Source: Lingula anatina (taxonomy: Eukaryota; Animalia; Brachiopoda). From it: a stretch of 64,000 bases of DNA. A program made the position numbers and the translations under genes. Shown here piece after piece: positions 13,783-28,800 of the stretch. The stretch spans positions 14,174,651-14,238,650 of the forward strand of contig CM120647.1 in the NCBI GenBank assembly GCA_051362555.1, read 5' to 3'. The notes under the pieces were generated by a model. That model had not been told where the DNA came from, made no database searches, and worked only from the letters and a program-made list of their open reading frames with translations. Within the stretch, counting starts at the first letter, position 1, and each line of letters begins with the position of its first letter.

Positions 13783-15550
13783 AGGGAATTTTGCGCCACA
13801 GACAGATTGACTGTGATTAAATTGTGACATCAGGTGCACTCGGTGCTGAGGGAGTCAAGTTTTGAATAATGGAGAGCGTTTTTATCCGAGAAAGAGGGGT
13901 GCATCAAAGTCCTATGATTTATCCCATGTTTAATTCATTTTACGGATTATGTTGTCAGCATATAAATAAAAAAGCTGATTCCATCGATACTTGTCAAGAT
14001 ACACACAGGGAAATAACTTTCCATAGCCAGCCACAGTCTGAACTCAAGGCTGTTGTTTTAAAACGTCGTTCTTATGGTCATTTTTTTATTTTTATTTTCA
14101 CGTCCCCTTCGTGTCGAACCCGGTATGCATCTTACGTATTAAGGAAGCTGTGCTTTGGGATTGTCTTGTCAGACCTAGTTTGACCTTATTAAAAAGTAGG
14201 TCACGTTTTTCCAGTAGATTTCACCTGGTGAGAAAAATAAGAATGCCAAAGAGCTGACCCAATAATGACGTATTTTATAGGCCGCCCATAGGATATCAAG
14301 ATATTCTGAAACCTACATGTAAACATAGCTTTTTCAAAAGAAAATAAATATAAATGCCAAACATCGTGTGCCATCGTTTGGTAAGTGCCTTCTCCCATTG
14401 TCAATGAAAAAATGGTTGGAAAATTGGAAAATTCATTATGAGTGAATAAAAACAACGTGTAGCACCGAAGTTGAATATACCGTAAAACAAGTGACAGAGC
14501 TCCTTGGGTTAGGTTTAACACGGGCGAGATATGTCACTCCCCGCGGCCCATCCTTCTTTATCTCACTGTGAAAATGACATCATACGCGTATCTCTTCTGT
14601 ACGTTACGAGTTTCACAATATAGTTTATTGGCCATGATTAATTTTACATCTGTGTACCCGCTACCATCATCAAAACATTCCGTTTGATATACATATAATA
14701 ACAATTGTTGAAAACGCTGTAGCACACCTTCACCATTAGGCACCATATCGGCGTGAATCATCCGAAGCCCTTTAATGTGGATGCGTTTGTTCAATTATCT
14801 TATTAAACTAATCATATTTGCTGACCACAGAACAAGGCCCAGATGTGTTGAAATGTATCCGTACATGTTCATGGTATCGCGTATTCATCATCACTTATAC
14901 AGGAGGTAAATGTGGTTGTCATCTTTTGTCTCTGATGTTAGACAGCAAAGTCCCAGACTTGTGCATTAGTTCTTCTGCCATGCACACGCTATCATAGTAT
15001 ATCATATCATATGGTTTTTACCACAGCAGAAACAAACCTTCTGATGTGTGGTTTAATGAAGTCAAAGTTTCCCTTTCTCATCACAGAGTTGGTTTTATGT
15101 TGGCTTCGTGAAACTCAAGTGGAGGTTTGAAGGGCTTGGTAAGCCTTTTCAGAAAAAAGTTCCAAGATAGTTTTCAAAATGGCATAAGAAACAACCACAT
15201 TTTTTTTATTGGTAGGCTGTGTAGGCTTTAATTCTCATTGTTTCTTATTGTCATTAGATCGTCAAAATGGGTAACATTCCAAATTTGCAAAATGACTGGC
15301 TCTTTCTGCGGCGCTGCACTAACTGTTATCTATATATTAAACTACAGAATTTATAAACTTAAGTAAAAAAAAAAAAAACATTTGTATTATTTAGTTGCAA
15401 AGGATTTAGAGCCAGGTGCAAAGCGATAATCATAGACAGAGTATATGTCGCCAAAAACACTGCTGCTGTGGGGTTAATGAAGGTGTACAATACATTTGTA
15501 TGCAAATATTTAGACCTTTTTTGGCTTTAAGCCGATGCTGTCCGAAATGT

Positions 15551-15553
<3 letters not shown>

Positions 15554-15595
<42 letters not shown>
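15554..15595. repeat. (TA)n microsatellite
   Basis: Directly visible. Confidence 0.95.
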
Positions 15596-15596
<1 letters not shown>

Positions 15597-17695
15597 CGTC
15601 GACAGAGGGAGGCAATAAGTATTAGTCAGTTATAAGTCAAACTAAGTTCATCAAATTCATCGTCTTGCCATAGCTAGTTAACCGTAATCTATGTCGTTAC
15701 GGCTACGGTTTATGTAATACGTGTCTTATGGATGTCATGTAAATATAGCTGGCTTTAAACTGATGACCTCTTGGTCGTGGGACTGGCCGTACAGAAATGA
15801 TACTCATCAATTGCCCAATTATAATGCAATTATCTGTGTTTATGCGACTTTTGTATGAATTGCATTAAAGAGAGAGAGGTCATACACATCTCCCGTTCTC
15901 TTACTGTCTGTTTAGATGCATTGATGCGATAGTTTATGTTCTTTGTATTTGTATAAATTATACTCTTTATGGATGTATGCAATTTCTGTTTTAAAAGTAT
16001 ACGTTATATTTACTGGCTTTTATGCACTTGTATCTGAAATATTCCCTGTCTGTGTAATTCTGTTTTAAACAATTTAACTAAAATTGTACCTTTTAAAGCT
16101 TTATTGCGGGTCATATCAAATCGCTCTCATATAAGACAAAAGCAATACTAAATTGGTTAATAATCTGTTGCTAGAGTATGGTACAATGTATTTAAGCATA
16201 TATATATCTGATATAACTGAAATAGTTCGTGGCATATTGTCCGAATGAAATGAAGTATTGAATATAAAGTACGCTAACAGTCAGTTTATTAACAAAAACA
16301 TTGTCGAAATAATTGAAAAACAAGCAAATGTAGTTTACAGAAAGACACGTACACGTACATTTATCACATGTAGTGTATCGCAACACTAATTACTTTGGAA
16401 AAAAGTAATTGCTAGCAGGGCCAACCATAAAGCACAAATAACTGAGCCTCAATAAGAACTCAGTAATAACTCAGTAATAACGTAAGTAGTCTGAGATCTA
16501 GTGTCACGCATATCGTATGACCTTCTGACCTTTGACCTTTGACATGCCAGTACGCCATGGCCTCCTCGGCTTATTAGTAAACAGATCTTCCCCGCGCACA
16601 GGTGTTCGTTTTTATCTACATGTTATTTTGAACTTAAGAAGTGACTCGTGACTTGAGGGAAGCGGGGAACAGATGTGAAGGGAACTGTCGCCGTGTTCCC
16701 ACATTTAAAACGCGCCCAGAATGAGACCCACACAAGTTAAAGAGGCCTTTATATGGTGTTATGATTTGGGGTTTACGATGAAACGGCTGACCCTCGTGGG
16801 TTTTACTGCTTTATTAAGGGATATTGCTTGTTAGCAATGATAACTACAGAATTATTGTCGTTTGTAGTTCCTATTGTAATGATGGGTTTGCACTGGGAGT
16901 GCAGGAAGGGAAGCGGTATGAATAGTTTGACAAATTGTACAAAACATTATGTTTATGCAAAACTTGAATAATTTGCTTTTTATTTAGAGCTAAGTGATTC
17001 TGTATGGTATTTCCTCCAACATTACTTATAGGCAGATTTCTATTAAAGTTTTAAAAGGCTATGGAAGCTGTTCTCTCAGACACGAGTCAAATGCACAAAT
17101 GTGCTTGATGAGTAAGCTGGTTACAAGCCCTATAAAAACAAATCTCCTTTCTTTTTTATTCAAAGCAGATTGATTGGTATATGCAGTTATGGTGAGATAT
17201 TCAAAAGGGTTTCTGGCTCAGGATCCTGCCTATAATTATATAAGTTGTTATATCAAAATGCAAAATTAAAATATATATTCAGCAAGATTTCACGGTGTCT
17301 GATCAAATGAATATTTTATTTGCATAGTTTTTGAATACCATAAAATGACGTAAAATGGCATAAAATATTTTTATACTTATACTACTTATATAATTATATT
17401 TCAGTAAGACACACCATCCTACCTGATAGCATAAAAAAATGGAAGCGATCTAAAGTTGGTGAATACATTAATGGCACGCAAAATGTTTGTATCTAAAAAT
17501 TAGTACATAAATCTTACACATGTCTACTTGACCCCGTATATTCCTCGACAAATAATAACTATGAAGGAGACTTTTCCTAAAATGGCTCTGATTGAACAAG
17601 TCTTCCTAACGCCATATTTACAATACTGACACGTTTATAACTACGTCAAACTAGGCTTCAAAGCATGTTTCTGTCTGTTCCCTTATCGGTTTTGA

Positions 17696-17742
<47 letters not shown>

Positions 17743-20700
17743 TAGCTTAATTAGGTATCTTTGCTTGGATATTTTTCACCAATTTCCTCATTGGCACTTC
17801 GTGAGTTGCTGGCAAGAGCTTTAAGTCCATCCCTGTTAAGAGTTCGTAATGGAGACGTCCAGGCGATGCTCATGCTCTTTACACGGCCAAGGCATTTGTT
17901 CTGTACCCGGAAAAGCACTCGTGTCACGGGGTCAATTTCTTTGACCATACTTAACCGACTGATGATCAGCTTCAGGGGCATATGATGATATTTTAAGAAT
18001 TATTATTAGAGTAACCGCTGAACTCGAACAACTATATCTAAAACGGCAAAGTTTAGCGCTAGGGAAATTCGATTGGTTTATTTTTTCTTTCAAAACCACA
18101 ATATTTGTCATTAATATGTTTATTAATATGTCTGCGATGAGAGTGGAAACGACTGATGGATGTCTGTTTAATTTTTATAAAATTGAATGGCTGGGCGTGT
18201 TCAGTTACCTGACTGACTGACTGAGTGGACTGAAAGATGGATAAATCGACCTATTGCTGACTCGATGTTCATAAAGTTATATTCATTAGTATAAATCCCC
18301 AGGCATACGTGTCCATATTAGGCCAACATTGACTGCTTCTGTGCAAGGAAAGTTGAAATTTGAAGCTTTCCCAGCAAGCACTCCACATTGGAACCACGTG
18401 GCCAAAATGAAATAGATCTTGAAACGTTAGGTACGGTATTGTTCACAAATCTATTATATGACCAAAGCATTGTCAAAGTCACTAAATTTGATATAGAAAT
18501 CCTCACGTCGTGCATGTTTTATACAGAATTCGGACAAGTGATTTGGGAATACTTTTTTACCATTGCAAATAGTACATGGGCATTAATAAAAAGGCTGATT
18601 AGAGTAAAAAAACACTCACCGAAGAAAATGAAACTCATAATCTTAACACATGATTTATATGGGGATAATTGATGTCATTTTACGTCTTTCATCTCGGGGT
18701 TGTGCAACGCCCTCCCGTCGTATTTGTATGGTGCGCTTAATTTACAATATGGTTGATTTACGGAGGCTTGTGCGAGTGCAGATTTAAGTGTGCAATAGGT
18801 TTTCAATGGTTCTCACGTTCCAAACTGACAAATGTCAGACGCGATTTCATAAATAACATAAATTTATTTGTACTGAATCTGTTTTCATCTAGTTTTTTGT
18901 CTTATAATTGCGGGGGTGAGTGAACTGGAATGTGCCTAAATATATACGCACTAAGACACCATAGGTCTCACCGAAAAAGAAAATAAAATAACACGCCTCA
19001 AGGCATAATTGAAGTAAGCTAGCCTGTCTGAAACCATGCGGCAACCCACCCGCCGTCGGGTCTATAGAAAAGAATGCCGTGCGTTGTTATATATGTAAAT
19101 AAAATATAAACTTTATTTCCTACGACGCTGATGTCATCATTTTGTGTTACAATTCGTGGATAAAATAAACCGCCTTTGAAGTGATGCGCTCCTGGCGTTT
19201 TTTATAGGGGGTGTTCTTGGCTCGTTTGTTAAGGAAAGAATCCCCACACCCACATTTGTCCAATCCATATGTCTGTCCCTTGTAAAACATGTTGTGAGCT
19301 CGTGCCCTATTCACGCACAAACGCCTGAGGGTGTCCTTCTTCGACTAACAAAGAGATCTTAGGCGACATTTGATATTATTTATTCTATGTCCTTCTCTTG
19401 TCCTCAAAATGCACTATCAAAATTTCCGGGTTTTTCATAATGGGGCGTAACCACGACAGGCACATAGCTAGATTGTTTCCAGTTTTTCTGTTCTTTTGTC
19501 TTTGTACGGAATTTTTTCTCTTATTTTTTTGTATAAAAAAATGCTGAAGTGATGGTTGCGACTATGCATGGAAACTGGTATCAACACCATTCGGTCTGTG
19601 GTAGCAAATGGGGAGGGGGGGGGGCACTTTCATTCATTTACAAGCATCGAGACCCAAAGATTACCGGGCTAAAATGAGATTCTCATTGTCTTAAACACTT
19701 CTCCATTGGCACAGAGACTCGCTCATCTTATCAACCTCAATTCTGACCAATGGTAGAACCTTCGTGTCCACAGAGGGACAAACTCTTTTCATTAAATTCA
19801 ATTCTGGCCAATTGAAGACACGTCAAGACCACTCATTTTGACCATAAGATCCACATCTCAACCAAAATCTATGAAAGATGTTCTGTAAATGAGTCCAAGC
19901 TATGACCTCACCAACTGGTGATTGAGAAAGGATTAGAAAAAACATTGTCCACTTTTCGCCAACCACATTTCTTTATCTTGGCTCAAACACATGAATGGAA
20001 CAATTTAGAGGAGTTAAAACGTTGATATCATAGCCGGTGTTAAGAGCAGATGTATTTAATGTATGACAATTGGTCTACTATAGTGTGCAAAACCACCCAG
20101 CTATCTCTATAGCTGCCATTTCCACGTTGTAATACAGTCTATGGTACTTGTTACCTGCGGCGACAGATGGGTTTAAGTACCTTGACAAGAGATAAAAGTC
20201 GGGTTTGTTTTCTTTGATCAGACTCCAAAAGTATAATTAGGCCTCACTTTGCCGTGTTGTTTTTTAACAGTAATGATAGTAGATAAATGTTTCCCTAGGG
20301 GGTAGACGAATGCAATACAAAACGTGTTGAAGCTTAAGTATAGTGGTTCAGGCATGTAAATGTCAATGCAGTTATCCAGCGAAAATGTCCTAAGCCGTCG
20401 TACTTATCACCCGTTATAAAGATGGCCCATTCTATTCACTCTATATCTTGATGTTTAAGCAGAAATAACAGGTTGGTCGTTAAATGCCGTATAAAATAAC
20501 ACATGATTAGGTAATACACCAAACAATTATATAAGTCTAAAATTCTTACTAATATTGTAGAACCTAACAAGACACCTTTAAAGAATAACTACGCGTTTGG
20601 CCGGTGTTTGAGGAAAATATTTTTGCGACATTTTTAAGCTAAAATTTCATCAGAGGATGCACGTCTATGTCGTCTTGATACAGGAAGTATAGCCATACCC

Positions 20701-21719
20701 TTCCCATGTGAACTAATGTACTTTCGATAGCACTCGCGGTTTCTTAATGTTCAGCACAACACGAACCTTTACGTACCGATGGTCCATTAAAAATCTATAA
20801 AATACTATACGGAAGAGATTAAGATGAGAGGTGGTCTAAACACACTGTAGGTACACGCATGTCATTGCCAATGTACGTACTTTTTAATGGTTGCCGGTGT
20901 ACAACAGATACGACGCATTTGGAGGCATGAATGGATAAAGAATAGAGTGCTCAGTAGAGGGTTCTTATACTTATCTTGACTATCCGGTTTTACTGAAAGA
21001 ACTGTGGGGGTCAAAGAAGGAGGGGGCGTACAACATAATTCATGATTAAGTTTTATTACGCCTTTTTCATTCTTACACATCCCTTTCCTACGTATACCCT
21101 GTTTGGCTTGGCTATAGGCATGAATGAAATTTAGCTCAAAAATTGTTCTAGTATGTGATTTTCTTGAATTCACAATAAAGAGACGAGAACTAATGGGAAA
21201 CAAACCTCATCATAGCTGCCTGAAATGCATATTATCACGTACTTCTATTACTCTGTACGGTGCATTTATTTAGCGATTACATTCGAGTAGGCAAGACTCA
21301 AGATCACGAAGGTAAAATTCCTTCAGACATGATTTATGTAAAAGCCTGAAAATAACGCTGTTAAAACACACCTTCACTACAATAAATTGCTAATTGATTT
21401 CCCTTTCCAAAAATAAATATGACATTATATTTGGGTTATTAATGTAGCGTTCGGTAATGTTGAAATTATGCAAGTTGATGATTTACGTTCTATACATTTT
21501 AATACGAAGGCACAGAGTGAACACGTGTAGGTATCTGAGAGGGCCCTGGTTTGTGACATATGTCAAACGGATTAACATTTTTATGTTTCCTCTCCCTCTC
21601 TCTCTCTCCCTCTTTCTCGTTTTTTCTCTTGCTCAGTGTGTGTGTTTGTGTGTGTGCTTGAATCTTACAGATGGAGAGACATCAATGGTCCTCTTTCTTC
21701 AGGCATGCTGGAAAGTAGA

Positions 21720-23165
21720 TTTCATTGGTTTTGCATGATGTAGGTCGACCACAATAGGGATATCAGAAACAACATAGAATATGTAGAGTTGGATAAGACC
21801 ACCAAGAAAAGAGCGAGAGAAGACACCAGTGTTCACGCATAATATGAAGAAGACAGAAGAGACTGCAAGAAGTGGTCTGACAGAAAGACACCAAGAATTA
21901 TAAAACCATCTGCTTATCATCTAACCTGTATAAGTTTTACATCAAGGTCTTGACTCAAAGGCTTACAAGATTCCTGGATGAAGCACAGCAAAAAAAAAAA
22001 AAAAAAAAAAAAAACAAAAAAAAAAAACAGTAAACCACACTGGCAAGCAGCTCAAGGAAAAGTGCTATGACTACAACATTCCACTATGCGTTACCTTTGT
22101 TGACAATTAGAAAGCTTTCGATTCAGTAGATACTTAGTCTATATTAGAATCATTAAAAGACCAAGGGATTGAGGATGGTTGCAGATTCTCAAAGATACAT
22201 GTATACTGATTGCTCTGTGACTACACACACAGACAAAGGAAATCAAGACCAAAAAGGGTGTTCGTCAAGGAAATCTCCAAAGCTGTTCACAGCAGCATTA
22301 GTAAGAATATTCAAGAGGTTAGATTGACATGAGAAAAGCATAAACATAGATGGTGCCAGCCTAAACCACCTCAGGTTTGCAGATGATATCATAGTGATAG
22401 CAGATGAACCAAACCATCTTGAGACAACACCGCAAGTCATAGCAGATGAAAACCTCCCCTGTGGATTAAAAATGAAAACCAGTAAGACAAAGTAAAGTTT
22501 GAACCACTAACCATCCCCTGAACAATAGAGTTCAACAGCATGGAGATAGAAGCTGTATAAGAGTATGTATATCTTGAGCAAAGATTCAGCCTCAGCGACA
22601 GAACACTGGAGAAAAAAGTAAAAAGAAAGCACATGCAGGGTGGGTAGCATTTACAAAGCACAGAGTCATAGTCAAGAACAACCACCCTACTAGTCTGAAA
22701 AGGAAAGTGTTCAATGCATGTGTATTGCCAGCTGTCACCTATGGTTCAGAGACAAGGACAATGAATGCACCCATGGAACAAAAGCTACAAGTAACACAGA
22801 GGTCGATAGAAAGAAGTATGTTGAACAACAAGGTATGAGATAGAAAGACCATTAAGTGGATAAGTAAACAGACCAAGGTGAAGGATGTGCTGCTCACAAT
22901 TGAAGAAATGAGATGGAGATGAGCAGGACATATCAGTAGTAAAAGATGACAGATGGACAATAAGGCTGACAGAATGGAAACCAAGATATGGGCATAGGAA
23001 ACAAGGGAAGCCTCGGAAGAGATGGATGGATGGATTAGATAAGTACTAAAAAAAAAAAGAAAAAAAAACTGGAAGTGTGAAGCCCGAGACAGAATACACT
23101 GGAAGCCGCATGCTGAGGATTTTGTCCAACAGTGGAACACTTGAAGCTCTGAATGATGATGAATA
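21720..23165 (+). mobile_element. Degenerate, 5'-truncated RTE-clade LINE (reverse transcriptase relic)
   Basis: Broken frames translate to RT motifs: IPLCVTFVD.*KAFDSVD, KGVRQG..SPKLFTAAL, INIDGASLNHLRFADDI, VLPAVTYGSET, and a terminal AEDFVQQWNT followed by (ATG)n. Many stops and frameshifts. Confidence 0.9.
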
Positions 23166-24195
23166 AGGTCAACCAAGTGCAGCTGACCGCGTTTCCAACC
23201 GTTTCGTGAGGTGTACTGAATGCCAAGCCGAATAATAAAAAATATGTAGGTTATAGCATGCTGCCTTTGATATGACATCACTTTCTGGTCAAAGGTTCTC
23301 CTTGATTACGTCATCCGGGCATTCATTGGCCAGTTCTTGAATTTTTGGAAGTCTGAAAAGACAGGGTTATTCACCTTTGTCATATTCTTGAATATTTGGC
23401 ATTCGTCTGAATACCTACAACTTATACTTTGATAAAAAATGGGGTTTTTGTGTCTCGAAGGACATTGACATCTGTTTAGAGTTGTAGCACATCTTTTGGT
23501 CTGTATAACTCTAATTCCCAACCCGGCAATCAACTGTCTTCGAACTTTTTTTAGCTTCTACTTACCTACTCATGATATATTACATCAATCAATGGCATTT
23601 TTTAAGTTAACTACCTTTCGCAACTTGGTTCCAAAAGAAAATGTGACAAGCATACTGAATGCTTCGGGGTTGACTATTGATATTTGTCCTTGGTTTATGT
23701 TATTTTACTATATGGGCAGAGAACGATGATGCTTCCTCCTCGTCGTTGCATCATCTTTGTGGGTCTGTAGGTAGTGTTGGTTAGGGGGTTTAAGGGTTAA
23801 GCTCGGGGGAGTTCCACTCTGAAGCAAAAACCTTATCTAGGTTTTTTGGTTGGGGTCAGAAAGGGGGTTTACTTATCCGCTTGTTCAGTAAAGAAGGCCA
23901 GGGCTACTTGAGATTTCTGAAGACATACCTATGTTTGTGATACCTTAAAGGTGGAACGACCCTTTTAGCAATTATTTTGATGTTTCTCTACTGTTCGTGT
24001 ATCGGTATGGATTACTGAGCTTGGCGTTTTTTTTCTATGTTAGGTTCCTCAAAGCACATTGCAATATGAGGTTTATTTAAGTACTAATAGTTATAAAAAC
24101 ATTCGTTGATATCAGTGCATAACATAACAAATGCTTCATGAAACCAGTTTTATTTTTTTCTTCGCTTTAAAAGTAGTCCCATGATCATTGACGCC

Positions 24196-27100
24196 ATGTT
24201 AAATTCTGCTCCCACATTTCTCATGGCCTTATTGCTAGCGTTGTTGTTGTTGTTCTCCTTTGATGTAAATGATGTGTAAACACGGAATGTTGCGTTCGTT
24301 TCGGTTGACTGACATCATAATTTATGTGTGTACATGTTGATGTTTATCACTTTGGTGAGTCACATTTGCTTTTTTTGGTATCCCAAGTTCACGAATTGTT
24401 TGATTAATGTTTGTCTGGATTAATGCGAGTCTTTGAGGTTTGTTTGCTGACATATTTTGATTTGTCGTTTTATGGGTATTGATACCTTGAATTTGATTAT
24501 TATTTTAAATGTAGAATATAATACAGACTGCTGTGTGTATACAAAATCCATTTATGATAATTCTTTTAATGGTTTTAATTTTTTTTCATTTATTAACAAT
24601 TCAGCACCCAGAGAAAAGTATTCAGCTTCATTTTGGCCTTAACCTTTAGGCCTTTTCCTTACGTTCAATAATGGCATGTTTATGTAGGCAGTAATTTAAG
24701 TCATTATTCAACTTAGTCACTATTTATTCCACAACACTGTCCCCAAAAATGGGACTGAAGAATTTGGTAACGCAGTTTTCTTTCGTCCATTGAGACTGGG
24801 AAGTAACTTATTTATTATTTCTTAAATTTATTATTTTTATTTTAAAAGCAAAACAATAATCATTGAATATCTGTATAGGACATCGGACGTACATGTATTT
24901 TTTTTCAAAGTAAAGATGGTGTAAACCTTGCATTTTTGTCTAAATCTTCATTTCTTTGAATGATTCAATGTGACAGCTGAAGACATTTAATTTTTTGCCT
25001 TTGGTATTATGAAAAATGAATAAAAATCAAGTGGGATTTTTCTCTTCTTTCAGACAACACGAGCTGTACCACGGGAAGGTCGAATGCACATCATATCCGT
25101 GGATGAGTTTGAGAGAATGGTAGATTCAGAATGTGAGGTAAAAACAGATTTAAAGATGTAAACTGCTGTTAGAGCAAAAATATTAATTCATTTGAATAGC
25201 ATTGTAGAGTAAAGGTTATACACTACTTGTTTACTTTTTTGAGTCGTAAATATTGACTCTGGTTTGATTTTATCTTTAGTTTGTGGATTTGAACGGATTT
25301 TTTTTAAAATCAGACTTAAGTCATGTGATAATATATATATATACCAACGTTCACATTTGTAATCAAATCTTTTTCGTTACTCCAAATATCAACCAAATCT
25401 TATGCCTTTTCCAGTTGAATTTCTAAAAGCCTAGGACAAACATACTCTTACATAATTTTTTTTTACGTATTACAATTTAAGGTCATGGAGATCAGTTTAA
25501 GTCATATTTACTCAGAATATAACCTGATTGTACTAAACATGCCCAACCATTCACATTGTAGAATGCACCAGATGATATAGAGGTCAAGGTCGAGGGCGAC
25601 ATTATGCTCAACAAAGAAGATGCGTGCGCATATGTCGAGGACTCTCTTCCACTTTATAAAAAGAAAAAGAAACGAAGAAAAAAGAGAAAAATTACCCCCG
25701 TGGCATCCAAACGGTGGGATTTACGTGTACCGATACCTTTCATGTTCGACGGATCGCACGGTACGTAATTATAATAACTATAAGGAGTAATTTCTCCTCT
25801 AACATGGGTTCATCTGGTTTTCCAGTGACGGATTAAGAGGGGGGGTCAGGGAGTTCTGACCCCCCCCCCCCTTCAATTTCTGGTCCCCTCTTGAAATTAG
25901 AATTTTTACTAGCTGAACCATAGCTCTAAACCGTACCAAATGACTCTGTTTGCCCTCTAAAATACCAAAAATGTCAAGGCCCTTCAGCGGGCCCCAAGCC
26001 CCACGTCAAATTGGGCGAGAGGGTTGGCTTAGCATCCGCGGACACCCCCCCTTTAAATAATACTGGATCCGCCCCTGTTTACCCTACCCTTAACAAAATG
26101 AAAAGTTATTAGGTATATTAGCAGCAAATGCTTGGCAAATTTACAATAACTTAATGCAAATTAGCAGAAAATTTGCAGCAAATTTGCGAGAGAGTGCGGT
26201 AGGCCTGGTATTTTGCTAAGCGTAGTGCCCTATGATTCTCGGCTGATGATATCGTTAGTTCTCCCATGCATTCGGTACATAGTAAAATGTGTTTCCTAGA
26301 GGGATTTAACATTTTGCTAAAAGCACAGAACAGCTTTGTACCTTAAAATTTCTATTTTTTGTTTCGGTGAACATTTTTTTGATGATGTTTATTTTCGCCA
26401 TTCAGGTCCGTATAAGGTCATGCATTGCTTGTTTGCTTCCAAGTGTTGTGGTATGACAATTTCGCAATTCTTTTTTTTAATGTATAGATGGTCCGGAACA
26501 GGAGGAAATAAGAGCTGCAGCAAGACATTGGGAGAGTTTGACTTGTGTACGATTTCAAGAAAAACAGCGTTACGACGGTCGAAAGATTGTGGTATTTAAA
26601 AAATTGGATGGGTAAGTGCAAGCATATTGGCACAATATAAAATGTAATGTAAAATATCGAGGTGACACATTTTTCTATTGGTTTTTTCGCGAATGATAGG
26701 TAGTAAACAGTGATACAAAACAGGATGATAAAAGCTTCAAACTCCACTTATATACAATTCAATGTGTTGGAAAGTCAGCAGATGCCGAATGACCTATCTG
26801 GCATTTAGGATTTAAACGTTGCATACGATCAACATGAACATCTTGTTTTGTCACTTCCCTTCTCCATCTGTTCACTGCTAATGGGGCATTATTATTATTA
26901 TTATTATTATTATTATAATTATTATTATTACTTATGATATTCATCATTATTTTTTATCATTATTAATGACTTATACCATTATTTGATACATTTTTGTCTA
27001 CTTTAGCTGTTGGTCCTACATAGGAAGAACGACTGCCTTAAACCAAACAATTTCCATAGGCACAGGTTGTGATGGGGTGAGTTCTAAACGACAGGTTCCC

Positions 27101-28757
27101 CTTATGGAAACATTCCTAGTTCGTATATAACTTGGCACAATTATAGTACACATGTTCAATCTGTGAAGTAAATACGAATAGCTTTTTTTTAGACAGTGTC
27201 CTCTTATGGAGACGTTTCCTAATACTTATATGACTTTGTACAATAATACACTTTCTAAATGATATTGCATGCCTTAAAATTCAATTTCAGATAGGGACGA
27301 TAGCTCATGAGATTGGTCACGTGCTTGGCTTCTGGCACGAGCAAAGCCGTATGGACAGGTCGAAGTTCATCCGGGTTTATTTAGATCACGTGAAATTCGA
27401 GAAGAAAAGTAACTTTAAAGACCGAAGCTGGCAGGTGATAACAAGCATGAATATACCGTACGATCCTGGATCCGCGCTGCATTATGGCGGAAAGGTAAGG
27501 AGAGTTTTTTTTTTAATGTATATGTAATGACACAGGACATTTCAGGATAATGCTAGAATGTCTCAATGTTCATCTGTTTGGTAAGCTGTCATACGACCTT
27601 AAGCTTTGCTTTTTTATCTGTAAAGATGGTTGATAGCTGTCCGATATGCAATAATGTTACTCAAGTGAGTTCATTTTTTGTTCGTTAAACATTGAAAATC
27701 TATTTTTATTTAAATTGTACTGCGTATGACTATTATTATACCATAATGGCAAAGGACATGTATATCAATAATTTTCAATCATTTACCATATTGCACCTGC
27801 ATAAAATTTCTCGTTATGCATAAAAACACCTATCTTTTACTTTCGAAAACAGACTTTCCTTCCCTCTGAAGGTCAGTAGTAAGTGACGGTACACGTAATA
27901 CACTACTATAAGCGAGTTGAAGGCGGTCTTTCTATGAGGAAATGACCTGCCAATTTTTAGGTTTTCCACGAACGCTGATATAATCGAGAAACGGGAAATA
28001 AAATTTTAAGTTCAAATGTAAAACTACCCCTTATCATAGAAAAATGTACTTTTTGTCTCTCGGTACTTGTTGCCCGAAAAGGAAAATAAGGAAAAACTTA
28101 TCTTATTACCGAATAGGATTGTTTCCAATTTTAAAAGGGGAACGAGTAAAAACATAAAACACAACAAAACAAACATAAAATATGGGAATATATTTGATAA
28201 ATATAAAACGAAAAACATTACATTTTTTAAAAGATGAACAGATCGAGAAATTGAAACATTGAAGATGTTTTAACACTCTTGCAATTGTGCTGAATTCAAC
28301 AAGCCATGGTAACAAATAATTGTGCCAAAGATGAAAGGGCCCACACAACTGAAGCATTGAAAATATGTGATGCGCTTGTTTTTAATAAAGTCAACAAGGA
28401 AATGGAGGAATCTTTTATAATAATAATTGCTATCATTTTTACCTTGGGCGTTGTACATCGTGTATATCAAATAGCCATCCACACAGAAATATATGTTTTA
28501 AGTTGTACGATTGCTCTTCTACAATTGGTTCGTAAACTACATCGTCACTAACAACCGGGGGACGTGTATATTGAAATACCACACCAGGTTTAATATCAGT
28601 GTTTAGTGTTACTGTTTAGCCTACAGTGATAAAGGCTTTTTTTCGTTATTTTTGTCGTTTTCGTTTCTAACACTGTTAAGACGAAATAGATAAACTGTGT
28701 TCCAAAATTGGTTACTTTGTTTTGTTCCATGAAGGCTCGTTTTTATCGATATATAAA

Positions 28758-28800
<43 letters not shown>

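Noticed and set aside
22739-23281. 180-aa hydrophobic minus-strand ORF
   Set aside because: Antisense shadow of the RTE LINE relic.
23712-23770. MGRER*CFLLVVASSLWVC as astacin signal exon or TGA recoding
   Set aside because: In-frame stop and wrong phase; 24196-24264 provides a clean signal peptide in phase 0.
27090-27251. Two diverged copies of about 60 bp in astacin intron 5
   Set aside because: Ordinary small intronic duplication with no coding or structural signal.
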